Source of the DNA: an uncultured Spirochaetota bacterium
Lineage (GTDB): Bacteria; Spirochaetota; Spirochaetia; SZUA-6; CAVTHK01
Direction: 5' to 3'
DNA length: 64,000 bases
NCBI GenBank assembly: GCA_963734495.1
Contig: CAVTHK010000013.1
Span: 448,001-512,000 of the forward strand
Each line of letters starts with the position of its first letter. The stretch's first letter is position 1. A program made the position numbers and the translations under genes. The notes under the pieces are model-generated. The model was given only the letters and a program-made list of their open reading frames with translations, had not been told where the DNA came from and did no database searches. Positions 9,805 through 19,552 of the stretch are shown piece by piece.

Positions 9805-10320
9805 TCAGCGCCGCGCCGCGCCGGACACCGCGGCCACCACCCCCGCCACGGAGATGCCGAGGACGAGAAGCACTCCCAGGCCCAGCCCGACGATGACCAG
9901 GATGCCGGCGGTCCGCCAGAAGGAGGCCTGCCTGCGGAGCGCCTCCTCGATGGACGCCGCGCCGCCCTGCGAGAAGACCCGACCGATGGCGCCGGCGTAG
10001 CGGTGCAGCTGCAGCGTCGGAAGCAGATAGGCGACCGCGGCGACCACGAGATATGCCACGATCCCAAGCGCCGCCGCCCACCCTCCCACTTCGCCGGAGG
10101 CGCCGAAGATGGCGGCGCCCGCCATGATCACGCCGAACAACCCCAGGAACCCTGTGCCGATAAAGCCCAGAACGGAAAGAAACCGGACCCAGGGCCGCGT
10201 GGCCTTGAGCTGCTCGAGCATCGAGACGGTTACGCTCGCGCCCTCCAGCGCGAGGTTACCCTGAGGCGGGGAGACCTCGGTCGCGGGAGACTGATACGGG
10301 TTCGGCTCCGACACGGTCAT
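9805..10320 (-). CDS. DUF5362-like membrane protein
   Basis: NPYQSP, LKATRPWVRFLSVLGFI, QASFWRTAGI; three TM segments. Confidence 0.65.
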   Translation of the reverse strand: MTVSEPNPYQSPATEVSPPQGNLALEGASVTVSMLEQLKATRPWVRFLSVLGFIGTGFLGLFGVIMAGAAIFGASGEVGGWAAALGIVAYLVVAAVAYLLPTLQLHRYAGAIGRVFSQGGAASIEEALRRQASFWRTAGILVIVGLGLGVLLVLGISVAGVVAAVSGAARR

Positions 10321-10380
10321 GCCTCCTCGGATGCGCGACGGCCGCGATCGCGGAAGCGCCGCGGCCGCGTACCGCCGATC

Positions 10381-10409
10381 AGCCTATGGCCCCTCGCCTC
10401 CGCGGTCAA
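10381..10409 (-). promoter_or_regulatory. Candidate sigma70 promoter for the DUF5362-RDD-MoxR operon
   Basis: TTGACC-17 nt-TAGGCT on the minus strand. Confidence 0.5.
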
Positions 10410-10464
10410 GTCGATTTCGCGCCGGCTGCCGATTTCGCGCCCGCTCATGGAGAAAGACCCGCTG

Positions 10465-10494
10465 TTGACTGCCGGCCGCGGGCAGGCCTAATTT
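10465..10494 (+). promoter_or_regulatory. Candidate sigma70 promoter for the aldehyde dehydrogenase
   Basis: TTGACT-18 nt-TAATTT followed by GAGGGG RBS. Confidence 0.5.
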
Positions 10495-10509
10495 CGTCGA
10501 GGGGACCTC

Positions 10510-11875
10510 ATGAAAGCGATCAATCCCGCCACGGGCGCGGTCATCGGCAATCACCCGGAGCTCACGGAATCTGCGGCGGCCGAGCGGCTCGAGGCGGCCG
10601 GCGTTGCCGCGAAAGCGTGGGCCGAAGCGTCCGGGGCCGAGCGCAGCCGGCTGATGAAAGCCGCCGCCGCCGTCCTCAAGGCCCGCCGCGATGCGCTCGC
10701 CCTCATCGTCACCGACGAGATGGGCAAGCCGGTCCGCGAAAGCCGCGCCGAGATCGAGAAGTGCATTCTGGTCTGCGAATACTTCGCGGACAGGGCCGCG
10801 GAGTTCCTGGCGGACGAGCCGGTCGAGACCGATGCCCGCAGGAGCCTCGTGGTCTACCGGCCCCTCGGCGTCATCCTCGCGGTCATGCCGTGGAACTACC
10901 CATTCTGGCAGGCATTCCGCGCCGCGGTGCCGGCTCTCATGGCGGGCAACGTCGTGGCGCTCAAGCACGCCTCAAACGTCCCCGGCTGCGCCCTCGCCAT
11001 CGAGAGCGTGTTCCGGGACGCCGGCTTTCCCCCCGGAGCCTTCACCACGCTGCTGGTGGGAAGCGGCGCCGTCCCCGCGCTCATCCGCCACCCCGCGGTC
11101 CGCGCGGTCACCCTGACCGGAAGCACGGCCGCGGGCGAGTCGGTCGCGGCCGAGGCGGGCCGCTGCCTCAAGAAGAGCGTGCTCGAGCTCGGCGGCAGCG
11201 ACGCGTACCTCGTCCTCGAGGACGCCGACCTGGACCTCGCGGCAAAGACCTGCGTGGCCGCGCGCCTCGCCAACTGCGGACAGAGCTGCATCTCGGCCAA
11301 GCGCCTGATCGCCGTCGACCGCGTCTTTGCCGAGATCGAGGAGCGGATACGTCAATGAAATGAAGAAGGTCGCCCCCGGCGACCCCCGCGACGAGGCCGC
11401 GAAGATGGGCCCGATGGCGCGCGGCGATCTGCGCGACGACCTCCACGGCCAGGTGCGCAGGAGCATCGACGCGGGCGCGCGCTGTCTCCTCGGCGGCAAG
11501 GTGCCCGCGGGTCCCGGATCGTTCTATCCGCCGACGCTGCTCACGGGAGTGCGCAAGGGCATGCCCGCGCACGACGAGGAGGTCTTCGGGCCCGTCGCGT
11601 GCCTCATCCGCGCCCGCGACGAGGAGGACGCCATCCGGATCGCGAACGACTCGCCGTTCGGGCTGGGCGCCGCGGTCTTTACGCGCGACGCGGCGCGCGG
11701 CGAGCGCATCGCGGCCGACCGCCTCGAGGCCGGCGCCTGCTTCGTGAACGCGATGGTCCGCTCCGACCCGCGGCTCCCCTTTGGCGGCATCAAGACGAGC
11801 GGCTACGGCCGCGAGCTGGCGCGGCACGGCATCCGCGAGCTCGTGAACGCGAAGACCGTGTACGTCGGCGGCTGA
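10510..11875 (+). CDS. NAD(P)-dependent succinate-semialdehyde dehydrogenase family protein, frameshifted near 11347
   Basis: VMPWNYP, LTGS, LELGGSD, NCGQSCISAKR, EEVFGP, PFGGIKTSGYGRE across ORFs 10510..11358 and 11327..11875. Confidence 0.9.
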
Positions 11876-11966
11876 GCGGCGACTTCGCAGCCCGGCACTA
11901 TCGCCATCCATGGCTGTGCACCCCGGCGAGTACGCCGGACCTTCGGGGGCAACGACCTCCTTGTCG

Positions 11967-11995
11967 TTGACCCCGGCGCGCGGCGGGAGTAATGT
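11967..11995 (+). promoter_or_regulatory. Candidate sigma70 promoter of the GNAT-thiolase-DUF35 operon
   Basis: TTGACC-17 nt-TAATGT; strong GAGGAGGAG RBS before ATG 12029. Confidence 0.6.
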
Positions 11996-12028
11996 TGCCG
12001 CGCTCACAAATCCCTCGAGGAGGAGCCC

Positions 12029-12721
12029 ATGGCTGTTGACGAGCTCGAGAAGAAACTCAGGCCGCCCGAGCTGCAGATGGCGCCCTACCCCGCCAAGGTC
12101 ATCACGCTGGCCAACGGCGAGAAGATGGTGGTGCGCGAAGCGAAACGCGAGGAGGTCGGCGCCCTCCTCGGCACGATCTACCCGCTGCTCGGCGTCGCCA
12201 AGGACTTCTACGACGTGGTCGCCGCGCGCATGTACGCCGAGGTGCTCGGCTGGTTCCGCTACCGCGTGGCCAACGAGTTCGTGCTCGTCGGCGCGATCGA
12301 CGGCGAGATCGCCGGCATCGTCAACAGCCGCATGTGGGACGCGAAGCGCGGCATCAGCCTTCACACGATGACCATCAGGCGCGGCCTGCGCATCGGGGCG
12401 CAGCTGTTCGCCGCCAAGATGGAGCACCACATCGAGTACCTCAAGCAGGACGAGGTGAACATCGTCGCGGAGAGCCCGATCGGCTTCCGGCGGTGGATGA
12501 TCGAGTACCAGCTCGAGGACAGGAGCGGGAGCTACCCCGGCCTGCAGCACGAGCTCGGCGGCGTGCCCACCTTCACCCTGACCCGTGACCTCTACTTCAA
12601 GGCGAAGGCCGAGAAGGTCACGGGGACGCGCCCCGTCCCGGCCGACGTGCTTGCGACCGCGAACAAGCTGCGCATGCCGGAGACCTACCCGCAGATCCCC
12701 GGCTTCAAGAGGGGCAAGTGA
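12029..12721 (+). CDS. GNAT-like N-acetyltransferase fold protein
   Basis: GEKMVVREA, FVLVGAIDGEIAGIV beta-strands, motif-A-like RRGLRIGAQLF; strong codon bias. Confidence 0.6.
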   Translation: MAVDELEKKLRPPELQMAPYPAKVITLANGEKMVVREAKREEVGALLGTIYPLLGVAKDFYDVVAARMYAEVLGWFRYRVANEFVLVGAIDGEIAGIVNSRMWDAKRGISLHTMTIRRGLRIGAQLFAAKMEHHIEYLKQDEVNIVAESPIGFRRWMIEYQLEDRSGSYPGLQHELGGVPTFTLTRDLYFKAKAEKVTGTRPVPADVLATANKLRMPETYPQIPGFKRGK

Positions 12722-13947
12722 TGGCCGCCCGCGTAGGCGTGGTGGGCATCGGGCACACGGCCTTCGGAAACCTGAGCGACTACGAGCTCACGGACATCCT
12801 CGCCTACGCGTCGACCGACGCGCTGCTCGACGCGGGGATCCTCGAGGAGCGGCGCATCGTCGACCAGGTCATCGTCGGCAACATGGCGTCCGGGCTCTTC
12901 AACCACCAGAGCGGCATCGCGTCGGCCATGGTGAGCAAGCTCGACATGGAGCCGGTGCCCGCCGAGCTCGTGGAGAACGGCCCCGCGAGCGGCGCGAGCG
13001 CGATCAAGATCGGGTACATGGCGATCGCGAGCGGCATGGCCGACGTGGTGCTCGTGACGGCGGGCGAGCTCATGCGCAAGGTCACGGGCTGGCTCGCCAC
13101 GGACTACGTGGCGACGCTGCTGCACCCGCAGGCCGAGTACGACATGGGGCTGACGCTGCCCGCGTTCGGCGGGATGCTCGCGCGCCTGTACATGGAGCGC
13201 TACGGGGCGACGGAGCGCGACCTCGCGCTGGTCGCGGTCAAGGACCACGACAACGGGGCGAAGAACCCGTACGCGCACGTGCGCGGCACCTGCACGATCG
13301 ACGCGATCCACGACAACCCGAACGCGCACGTCGTCAACAACTACGTGGCCGAGCCGCTGCGCATCTACAGCATGTGCCCGGTCTCGGACGGCGCGGCGAG
13401 CCTCGTGCTCGCCAACCTCGACTCGCCGAAGATCAAGCACTTCCGCAAGCCGCCGGTCCTCATCTCCGGGATCGCGTCGGCCACCGACACGCACTGCGTG
13501 CACCACAGGGCCGACCCGCTGGCTCTGAACGCGGTGCGCCTGAGCGCCGAAAAGGCGTACGCGATGGCCGGCCTCAAGCCGTCGGACATCAGCTTCGCCG
13601 AGCTGCACGACGCCTTCGTCATCCTCGAGATCTGCATCAGCGAGGAGGTCGGCTTCTTCGAGAGGGGCAAGGGGTACCTCGCCGTGCGCGAGGGAGCGAC
13701 GGCTCTCAGCGGGCGCCTCCCGATCAACACCTCCGGCGGGCTCAAGGCCAAGGGGCACCCGGTCGGCGCCACGGGCGTGTCGCAGGTCTTCGAGCTGGTC
13801 AAGCAGCTTCGCGGCGAGTGCGAGAAAGAGGGCCGGCAGGTGAAGAACGCGAAGCACGGCCTCGCCGTCAACTTCGGCGGGTTCGGCAACAACGTGGTCA
13901 CGACCATATGCTCAGCGCTGCCGGACGGCGCGAAGGGCAAGAGGTAG
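12721..13947 (+). CDS. SCP2-type thiolase family protein lacking the N-terminal catalytic Cys
   Basis: NGAKNPYAH, CPVSDGAA, AELHDAF, NTSGGLKAKGHPVGATG; VENGPASG in place of the usual ENACASG. Confidence 0.9.
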   Translation: MAARVGVVGIGHTAFGNLSDYELTDILAYASTDALLDAGILEERRIVDQVIVGNMASGLFNHQSGIASAMVSKLDMEPVPAELVENGPASGASAIKIGYMAIASGMADVVLVTAGELMRKVTGWLATDYVATLLHPQAEYDMGLTLPAFGGMLARLYMERYGATERDLALVAVKDHDNGAKNPYAHVRGTCTIDAIHDNPNAHVVNNYVAEPLRIYSMCPVSDGAASLVLANLDSPKIKHFRKPPVLISGIASATDTHCVHHRADPLALNAVRLSAEKAYAMAGLKPSDISFAELHDAFVILEICISEEVGFFERGKGYLAVREGATALSGRLPINTSGGLKAKGHPVGATGVSQVFELVKQLRGECEKEGRQVKNAKHGLAVNFGGFGNNVVTTICSALPDGAKGKR

Positions 13948-13951
13948 CGGC

Positions 13952-14344
13952 ATGATCGATTTCAGCGTCTACGACGTCAAGAAGCCCGAGATCCACGCCG
14001 TCCGCTGCCCCAAGTGCGGAAAGCTCGACTATCCCGCGCCCATGATCTGCAAGGGGTGCGGCACGCGGCGCGACCCTTCGGGGATCAAGGCGCCGGACTG
14101 GGAGAAGGTCGCGCTCGAGGGACCCTGCAAGCTGCTCACGTGGACCAAGGTGTACGCCCTGCCCGAGGGTTACGAGAAGCCGTTCCTCCTGTTCGGCATC
14201 GTCGAGATGGCCAACGGCCTGCGGGCCGCCGGCCGCCTCGAGGTCGACCAGCCGAAGAGCGGGATGGCGCTCGAGGCGACCGTCGAGGTTTCCGACGAGC
14301 GGCCGGGCCGCGAGGTGAACATCTTCGTGTTCAAGCAGGGGTAG
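13952..14344 (+). CDS. DUF35 / ChsH2-like Zn-ribbon + OB-fold protein
   Basis: CPKCG...CKGCG zinc ribbon, LLTWTKV, PFLLFGIVEMANG; directly follows the thiolase. Confidence 0.85.
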   Translation: MIDFSVYDVKKPEIHAVRCPKCGKLDYPAPMICKGCGTRRDPSGIKAPDWEKVALEGPCKLLTWTKVYALPEGYEKPFLLFGIVEMANGLRAAGRLEVDQPKSGMALEATVEVSDERPGREVNIFVFKQG

Positions 14345-14358
14345 CAGGACCCCGCGGC

Positions 14359-16185
14359 TCAGCGCACGACCTTCACGCGCTCCTCGCGCACGTTGGCCAG
14401 CGTCTTGCCGCTGATGTAGTCGAGGAACGCCTCGGCGTCGCCGAACTGCGTGTCGTACTTGCCGCCCGCCGCGTTGGGCGTGTCGTAGCGGTCTCCCCCG
14501 GCAGCCATGAAGCTGTTGACCACGACGCTGTAGCGGTGCGCTGCGTCGATCGGCGCGTAGGCGCCGCCGGCGCCCTTGACGCGGACGTCGCGGATGCGCT
14601 CGCCTTTCGGGCGGCCGAGGTCGATCGTGAACGCGATGCCCGACACGTAGACATACGGCGCCCGTTCGTCGGCGCCGTAGCGCGACACCTGGAAGTCCAC
14701 CGCCTCCTCGAGGGACCGGACGACCTCGGCCCCGGTGAGCGGCACGGTGACCAGAGTGTTTCCGAACGGCAGCAGCTCGTAGACAGCGGCGACGCTGATG
14801 GGCCCCTCGTTGATGCCGGTGCGCACGCCGCCGGTGTTGTACAGCGCGATGTCCGCGCCGGTCCTCCAGGCCATGGCGTCGGCCACGATCGGCCCGGGTC
14901 CGCGGTTGCGGCCGCGCGGCATCTCCTCGGCCGCGCGCGCGATCACGCGCGTCCGCATCTCCGCCACGCCCTCGGCGTACGAGGCGAGCTTGCGGGCTCC
15001 GACGGGGTCGGGGTCGACCAGCGCCACCGCGGGATCCGCTTCCAGCCGCTCGAGCAGCGCGTCGTACACGCGGCGATAGGCCGCGGCCTGGGCGGCCGCC
15101 GTGACCGGCGCGTACACCGAGCCGTCGTACTCGGCGACGGAGAGCTGCCCGGATCCGCCGCGGGTGACTTCAATTCGTTTCTTCTTTCCCTCCAGGTCGG
15201 GAACGTCGTAGATGCGGAAGAGCCGACGCCCGATGACCGCCCGCGGCCGCCCGCTCCAGGCGACGACCTTGCCGCCGGCATCGAAGCGGACCTCGAGCAT
15301 CCCGAGCACCTTGCCCCACTCCCAGGCGTGCACGACGAGGGTCCTCGCGCCGTCGGCGCCGGCCGCCTCGGTCGGGTAGCGCCCGCGCGAAGCGAGGCCG
15401 ATGCGCGAGAAGTCGCCGAGCAGCGTGTGCGAGTGCCCGCCCACGATCACGTCGACGCCGGAGAGGCGCGCGGCGAGCCTGAGGTCCTCCTCGTACCCCT
15501 CGTGGGTGAGCAGCACGACCCTCCTGACTCCGGCGCGGGTGAGCGCGTCGATCGCGGGCTGCGCGCTCGCGGCGGGATCCGCGAAGCGGATGCGGGGACC
15601 GGGACTCGAGATGAAGGGGGTCTCGTCGGTGGTCAGCCCCACGATGCCGACGCGCTCGCCCCCGGCCTCGAGGATCGTGAAGGCGTGGACGCGCGAGACG
15701 TCGATCGCGGGCTCGGCCGAGAAGTCGACGTTGGCCGACACCACCGGAAACTTCGCGAGCGCGAGCAGGCCGGACTGCAGCAGGTCCGCGCCCTTGTCGA
15801 ACTCGTGGTTGCCGAGCGTCGCGACGTCGAGGCCCATCAGGTTCCAGAAGTCGGTGTCGGCCGCGCCGCGGTAGCGGGTAAAGTAGAGCGAGCCCTGAAA
15901 GAGGTCGCCCGAGTGCAGGAAGAGCGGGTTCTTCGCCGCCGAGCGCGCCGCGCTCACGGCGCTCATGAGCTCGGGGAACCCGCCCAGCTCGGCGAACACG
16001 GGGACCTGCTGGAGCGTTCCGTCGATGTCGACGCGGAGCCTGACCTCGGTCGGCTCCAGGCGCGAGTGCGTGTCCCCGACGTGAAGCAGGGTCAGCACCC
16101 CTGCCGCGGACTCCTGCGCGACCGCGCCCCGGACAAAGACGAGAATCAAGGCGGCTGCCAGCGCGCGGCCGCGCGTGCCGGTCAT
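14359..16185 (-). CDS. Secreted 5'-nucleotidase / bifunctional metallophosphatase
   Basis: Signal peptide, HVGDTHS, HSGDLFQG, LGNHEFD, LTHEGY, GGHSHT, NTGGVR, LLPFGN. Confidence 0.92.
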   Translation of the reverse strand: MTGTRGRALAAALILVFVRGAVAQESAAGVLTLLHVGDTHSRLEPTEVRLRVDIDGTLQQVPVFAELGGFPELMSAVSAARSAAKNPLFLHSGDLFQGSLYFTRYRGAADTDFWNLMGLDVATLGNHEFDKGADLLQSGLLALAKFPVVSANVDFSAEPAIDVSRVHAFTILEAGGERVGIVGLTTDETPFISSPGPRIRFADPAASAQPAIDALTRAGVRRVVLLTHEGYEEDLRLAARLSGVDVIVGGHSHTLLGDFSRIGLASRGRYPTEAAGADGARTLVVHAWEWGKVLGMLEVRFDAGGKVVAWSGRPRAVIGRRLFRIYDVPDLEGKKKRIEVTRGGSGQLSVAEYDGSVYAPVTAAAQAAAYRRVYDALLERLEADPAVALVDPDPVGARKLASYAEGVAEMRTRVIARAAEEMPRGRNRGPGPIVADAMAWRTGADIALYNTGGVRTGINEGPISVAAVYELLPFGNTLVTVPLTGAEVVRSLEEAVDFQVSRYGADERAPYVYVSGIAFTIDLGRPKGERIRDVRVKGAGGAYAPIDAAHRYSVVVNSFMAAGGDRYDTPNAAGGKYDTQFGDAEAFLDYISGKTLANVREERVKVVR

Positions 16186-16249
16186 GGCTCCCAATGTAGC
16201 GCAAAGGGCGCTCGGGCTGCTATGCTCCGCGCCAGGGAGGCGCACCGAC

Positions 16250-17152
16250 ATGCCGCAGGATCTGAGAGTCGCGCTGATCGGGCTGGACACGAGCCACTCG
16301 ATCGAGTTCACGCGCCGGATGCAGGCGCCGGATTGCCCGGCGGAGCAGAAAGTCGCGGGCCTGCGGGCAGTCTCGTGCCTGCGCTTCGAGACGCCGTTCC
16401 AGGGCCGCGACGGTCTCGACCAGCGGCAGAAGCAGCTCAAGGAGTGGGGAGTCCGCGTCACCGAGAGCTTCGACGAGGCGGTCGACGGCTGCGACGCGGT
16501 CATGATCGAGATCAATGACCCCGCCCTCCACGTCGAGTATTTCGCGCGGTGCGCGGCGCTCGGGAAGCCCGTGTTCCTCGACAAGCCGCTGGCCGACGGC
16601 GTCGACGCGGGCAGGCGCATCCTCGACGCGGCGAAAGCGGCCGCGACCCGCTTTTTCTCGGCGTCCTCCCTGCGCTTCGTGCCGGAGCTGGCGCAGGCGT
16701 GCGCCCGCTTCCCGCGGCCGGAACGGGCGAGCATGTTCGGGCCGCTCGGCAAGGCGCCCGCGGGAAGCTCGGTGGTCTGGTACGGGGTGCACGCCTTCGA
16801 GATGCTCGAGCGCGCGATGGGCCCCGGCGCGGGATCCGTGCGCGCGGTGGGCGACGACGGCGGCGCCGTGGCTGTGGTGGACTACGGCGGCCTTCGCCGC
16901 GGCGTGGTCGAGCTGACCGTCGGCCCCTATGTCTACGGCGGGGCGCTGCGCGCTCAGCGCGAGGGGACCGCGTTCGTCGTCGACATGGGCCGGGCCTACA
17001 GCGCCCTGCTCGAGCGGATCGCCGCGTTCTTCCGCGGCGCGCCCGAGCCGGTCCCGCACGCGGAGACGCTCGAGGTCTCCGCGCTCCTGGAGGCGGCCGA
17101 CAGGTCGCTCGTTTCGGGAAGGGAAGAGCCGGTGGCAAAGGTGAGCGCATGA
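16250..17152 (+). CDS. Gfo/Idh/MocA family oxidoreductase
   Basis: VALIGLDTSH, GKPVFLDKPLA, SASSLRF, WYGVHAFE. Confidence 0.85.
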   Translation: MPQDLRVALIGLDTSHSIEFTRRMQAPDCPAEQKVAGLRAVSCLRFETPFQGRDGLDQRQKQLKEWGVRVTESFDEAVDGCDAVMIEINDPALHVEYFARCAALGKPVFLDKPLADGVDAGRRILDAAKAAATRFFSASSLRFVPELAQACARFPRPERASMFGPLGKAPAGSSVVWYGVHAFEMLERAMGPGAGSVRAVGDDGGAVAVVDYGGLRRGVVELTVGPYVYGGALRAQREGTAFVVDMGRAYSALLERIAAFFRGAPEPVPHAETLEVSALLEAADRSLVSGREEPVAKVSA

Positions 17153-18243
17153 TCGACTACGAAGAGCTGGGGGTCAGGCCGTTCATCAACGCGGCCGGCA
17201 CCATCACGACGCTCGGCGGCAGCCTCATGCCGCCCGAGGCGCTCGCGGCCGCGGCCCAGGCAGCGAGGGCCTTCGTCGACCTCAACGACCTTCACGTCAG
17301 GGCGGGGCAATGGCTCGCCCGCCGGATCGGGGTCGAAGCGGCTTTCGTGTCGGCCGGGGCCGCCAGCGGGATGCAGCTCGCGGCCGCGGCCTGCCTGACG
17401 GGGACGGACGAGCGGCGCGTGCGCTCGCTCCCGCGCACGCGCGGCTGGAACAACGAGTTCGTGGTGAGCAGCGTCGACCCGCACGCCTACATCCACCAGG
17501 GCATCGAGGCGTGCGGCGGCAGGCTCGTGCGCGCCGGGACCGAGCGAGGCGTCACGACCGCGCAGATCCTGGCCTGCATCGGCCCGAAGACGGCCGCGGT
17601 CGTCCACTTTCTCGGCCGCCAGACCAGGGAGCAGCTCCGCGAGGTGATCGAGGGCGCCGGCGGAAGAGCGCCGGTGATCGTCGACGCGGCGGCGCAGCTT
17701 CCGCCCCGCGCGAACCTCGCGGACATCGCGGGCATGGGCGCCGGCCTCGTCGTGTTCAGCGGCGGCAAGGGGATCCGCGGGCCGCAGTGCACCGGGCTCG
17801 TGATCGGCCGCGGGGACCTCGTGGACGCCGTCAGGCTCAACGGGAGCCCCTTTAGCGCGATCGGCCGCGGCATGAAGGTCGGCAAGGAGGAGATCCTCGC
17901 GCTGCTCGCGGCCGTCGACCTCTTCCTCGCGGGCAGCGACGCGGACGACTTCGAGCGGTGGGGTCGTCAGGCCGCGGTCATCGCCGAGGCCGCGGCATCG
18001 ACGCGATTCGCGGCCCGCGTCCGCAGCAGCGGCCAGCCCGCCAACCCCGACTTCGCTCCCCGCGCCTACGTGGATCTCGCCGCCGACCAGGCCGAGCGGC
18101 TGATGCGGGCGATGCGGGACGGCGAGCCCTCGATCGTGCTGCGCGCGGCGCCGGAGGGGGTCGCGATCGATCCGATGACGCTGGAGCCGGGCGAGGAACG
18201 CACGGTCGCGCGCCGCCTCGCGGAGGAGCTGGGCCGGCTCTGA
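17149..18243 (+). CDS. SelA-like PLP-dependent enzyme (DgaE-related)
   Basis: LGVRPFINAAGTITTLGGS, IVDAAAQLPP, FSGGKGIRGPQ (PLP Lys), IGRGMKVGKEE. Confidence 0.85.
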   Translation: MIDYEELGVRPFINAAGTITTLGGSLMPPEALAAAAQAARAFVDLNDLHVRAGQWLARRIGVEAAFVSAGAASGMQLAAAACLTGTDERRVRSLPRTRGWNNEFVVSSVDPHAYIHQGIEACGGRLVRAGTERGVTTAQILACIGPKTAAVVHFLGRQTREQLREVIEGAGGRAPVIVDAAAQLPPRANLADIAGMGAGLVVFSGGKGIRGPQCTGLVIGRGDLVDAVRLNGSPFSAIGRGMKVGKEEILALLAAVDLFLAGSDADDFERWGRQAAVIAEAAASTRFAARVRSSGQPANPDFAPRAYVDLAADQAERLMRAMRDGEPSIVLRAAPEGVAIDPMTLEPGEERTVARRLAEELGRL

Positions 18244-18255
18244 TCGGGCGGGCGG

Positions 18256-18987
18256 CTACTTGCCGTCGCCGGCGGGGCGGGAGAGCGCGTCGAGCCGCGT
18301 GCGCGCGGCCGAGTCCTCCTGCAGCTTGAGGTAGGCGGCGAGGGCCGCCTTCGCCTTTTCCCGGTCGCCGAGAGCGAGCTCGTAGATGTCCGCGAGCGTG
18401 AGGTAGACCGCCGGCGCTCGCACGCCTTCGGCGATCATCTGCTCGAGCAGCTGCGCGGCCCGCCGCGGGTCGCCGCCCCTCAGCACGAGGATCGCCCTGA
18501 GGTACCGGACGTCCGCCTGCCGGGGGCTCACCGCCTCGGCGCGAACCAGGAGGCTCTCCGCCTCGGCCAGCTTCCGGTCGGCCAGGGCCGTCTCGGTCCT
18601 GCTGAGAAGCTCCTCGAGCGAAACGACCTTGAGGTAGAGCACCTGGTTCCTGTCGTAGAAGTCGAACGCGACCTCGAGGCGCTCGAACCCCGCCTTCGCG
18701 ATGGCGACCCTGTGCGCGCCCCTGCCGAGCTCAGGCACCGAGAAGCGGCCGCTCAGATCGGTCGTCGGGCCGGGGGCCCCGTCGATCTCCAGCCGCGCGC
18801 CGGCGCACGGCTCGTTGCGCTCGTCGTACACCATCCCGAAGAGCTGAGCCTTGTCGAAGCCCTGGATGTCGGACGCCGATGCGGAGAGACACGCGCTGAG
18901 CCCGACGCATGCCGCGCACACCGCGCAGGCCAGCAACGCCGCGCCGCGCGCGGCGGCCCCGCGCGCGCGAATCTTCGACTCAGCCAA
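18256..18987 (-). CDS. Lipoprotein with carboxypeptidase-regulatory-like and TPR domains
   Basis: Cys-containing signal, LFGMVYD...TDLSGRFSV, helical TPR-like C-terminus. Confidence 0.65.
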   Translation of the reverse strand: MAESKIRARGAAARGAALLACAVCAACVGLSACLSASASDIQGFDKAQLFGMVYDERNEPCAGARLEIDGAPGPTTDLSGRFSVPELGRGAHRVAIAKAGFERLEVAFDFYDRNQVLYLKVVSLEELLSRTETALADRKLAEAESLLVRAEAVSPRQADVRYLRAILVLRGGDPRRAAQLLEQMIAEGVRAPAVYLTLADIYELALGDREKAKAALAAYLKLQEDSAARTRLDALSRPAGDGK

Positions 18988-19446
18988 TCACTTCCCCCTC
19001 TTCAGCGCGTAGAGCTGCCCCTCGTGCTCCGCGATCAGCTCGCTCGCGCGCGCCTCGACCAGGCGCCAGCCCGACTCGCCGGCGGAGACCGTGACGACTC
19101 TGCCTGTCTTCCGGTCCTTGTAGAAGAAGCGCTCCGCGCCGCCCGAGTCGGTGACGAAGCCGAGATAGGCCATCCAGTCGGCGGCGAGCGGCGCGGCCGC
19201 GGGCGCTCGAGGCGCGGCAGCCGGCCGCGCGGGACGCCACCCGAAGAGGACCGCGATCTGCTCGGGCGGCGCGGCCTCGGGCCGGGCCCCGCCGGGCGCG
19301 ACGGCGGCGGCGGGCGCCGGGGCCTGCGCGGCCGCCGCGCTTCCGGCCGGCTCCTGCCGCGCGGCCGGGAGCGCCAGCAGCACCGCGAGCGCGAGGACGG
19401 CCGCGACGGCCGCGATCTCCAGTGCCTGTCTCACCTGCTTGCTCAT
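18988..19446 (-). CDS. Hypothetical T2SS-associated bitopic protein (GspC/PilP-like position)
   Basis: Single TM, Ala/Pro linker, YLGFVTDS...FFYKD beta domain. Confidence 0.55.
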   Translation of the reverse strand: MSKQVRQALEIAAVAAVLALAVLLALPAARQEPAGSAAAAQAPAPAAAVAPGGARPEAAPPEQIAVLFGWRPARPAAAPRAPAAAPLAADWMAYLGFVTDSGGAERFFYKDRKTGRVVTVSAGESGWRLVEARASELIAEHEGQLYALKRGK

Positions 19447-19552
19447 ACGCGACCCTGCTGCCAGGTCGTCTCCCGCTTTCCGCCCACAGCGTAGCGGACC
19501 GCCGCGTGCCGCGCAACCCGCCCGCCCGCGCCCTGTCCGCCCGCGCCCGCGC

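Noticed and set aside
12029-14344. Archaeal-type mevalonate thiolase/HMG-CoA synthase complex
   Set aside because: No HMG-CoA synthase, and the thiolase lacks the nucleophilic Cys
17149-18243. True selenocysteine synthase selA
   Set aside because: Short, lacks the SelA N-terminal domain, and no selB/selC/selD nearby
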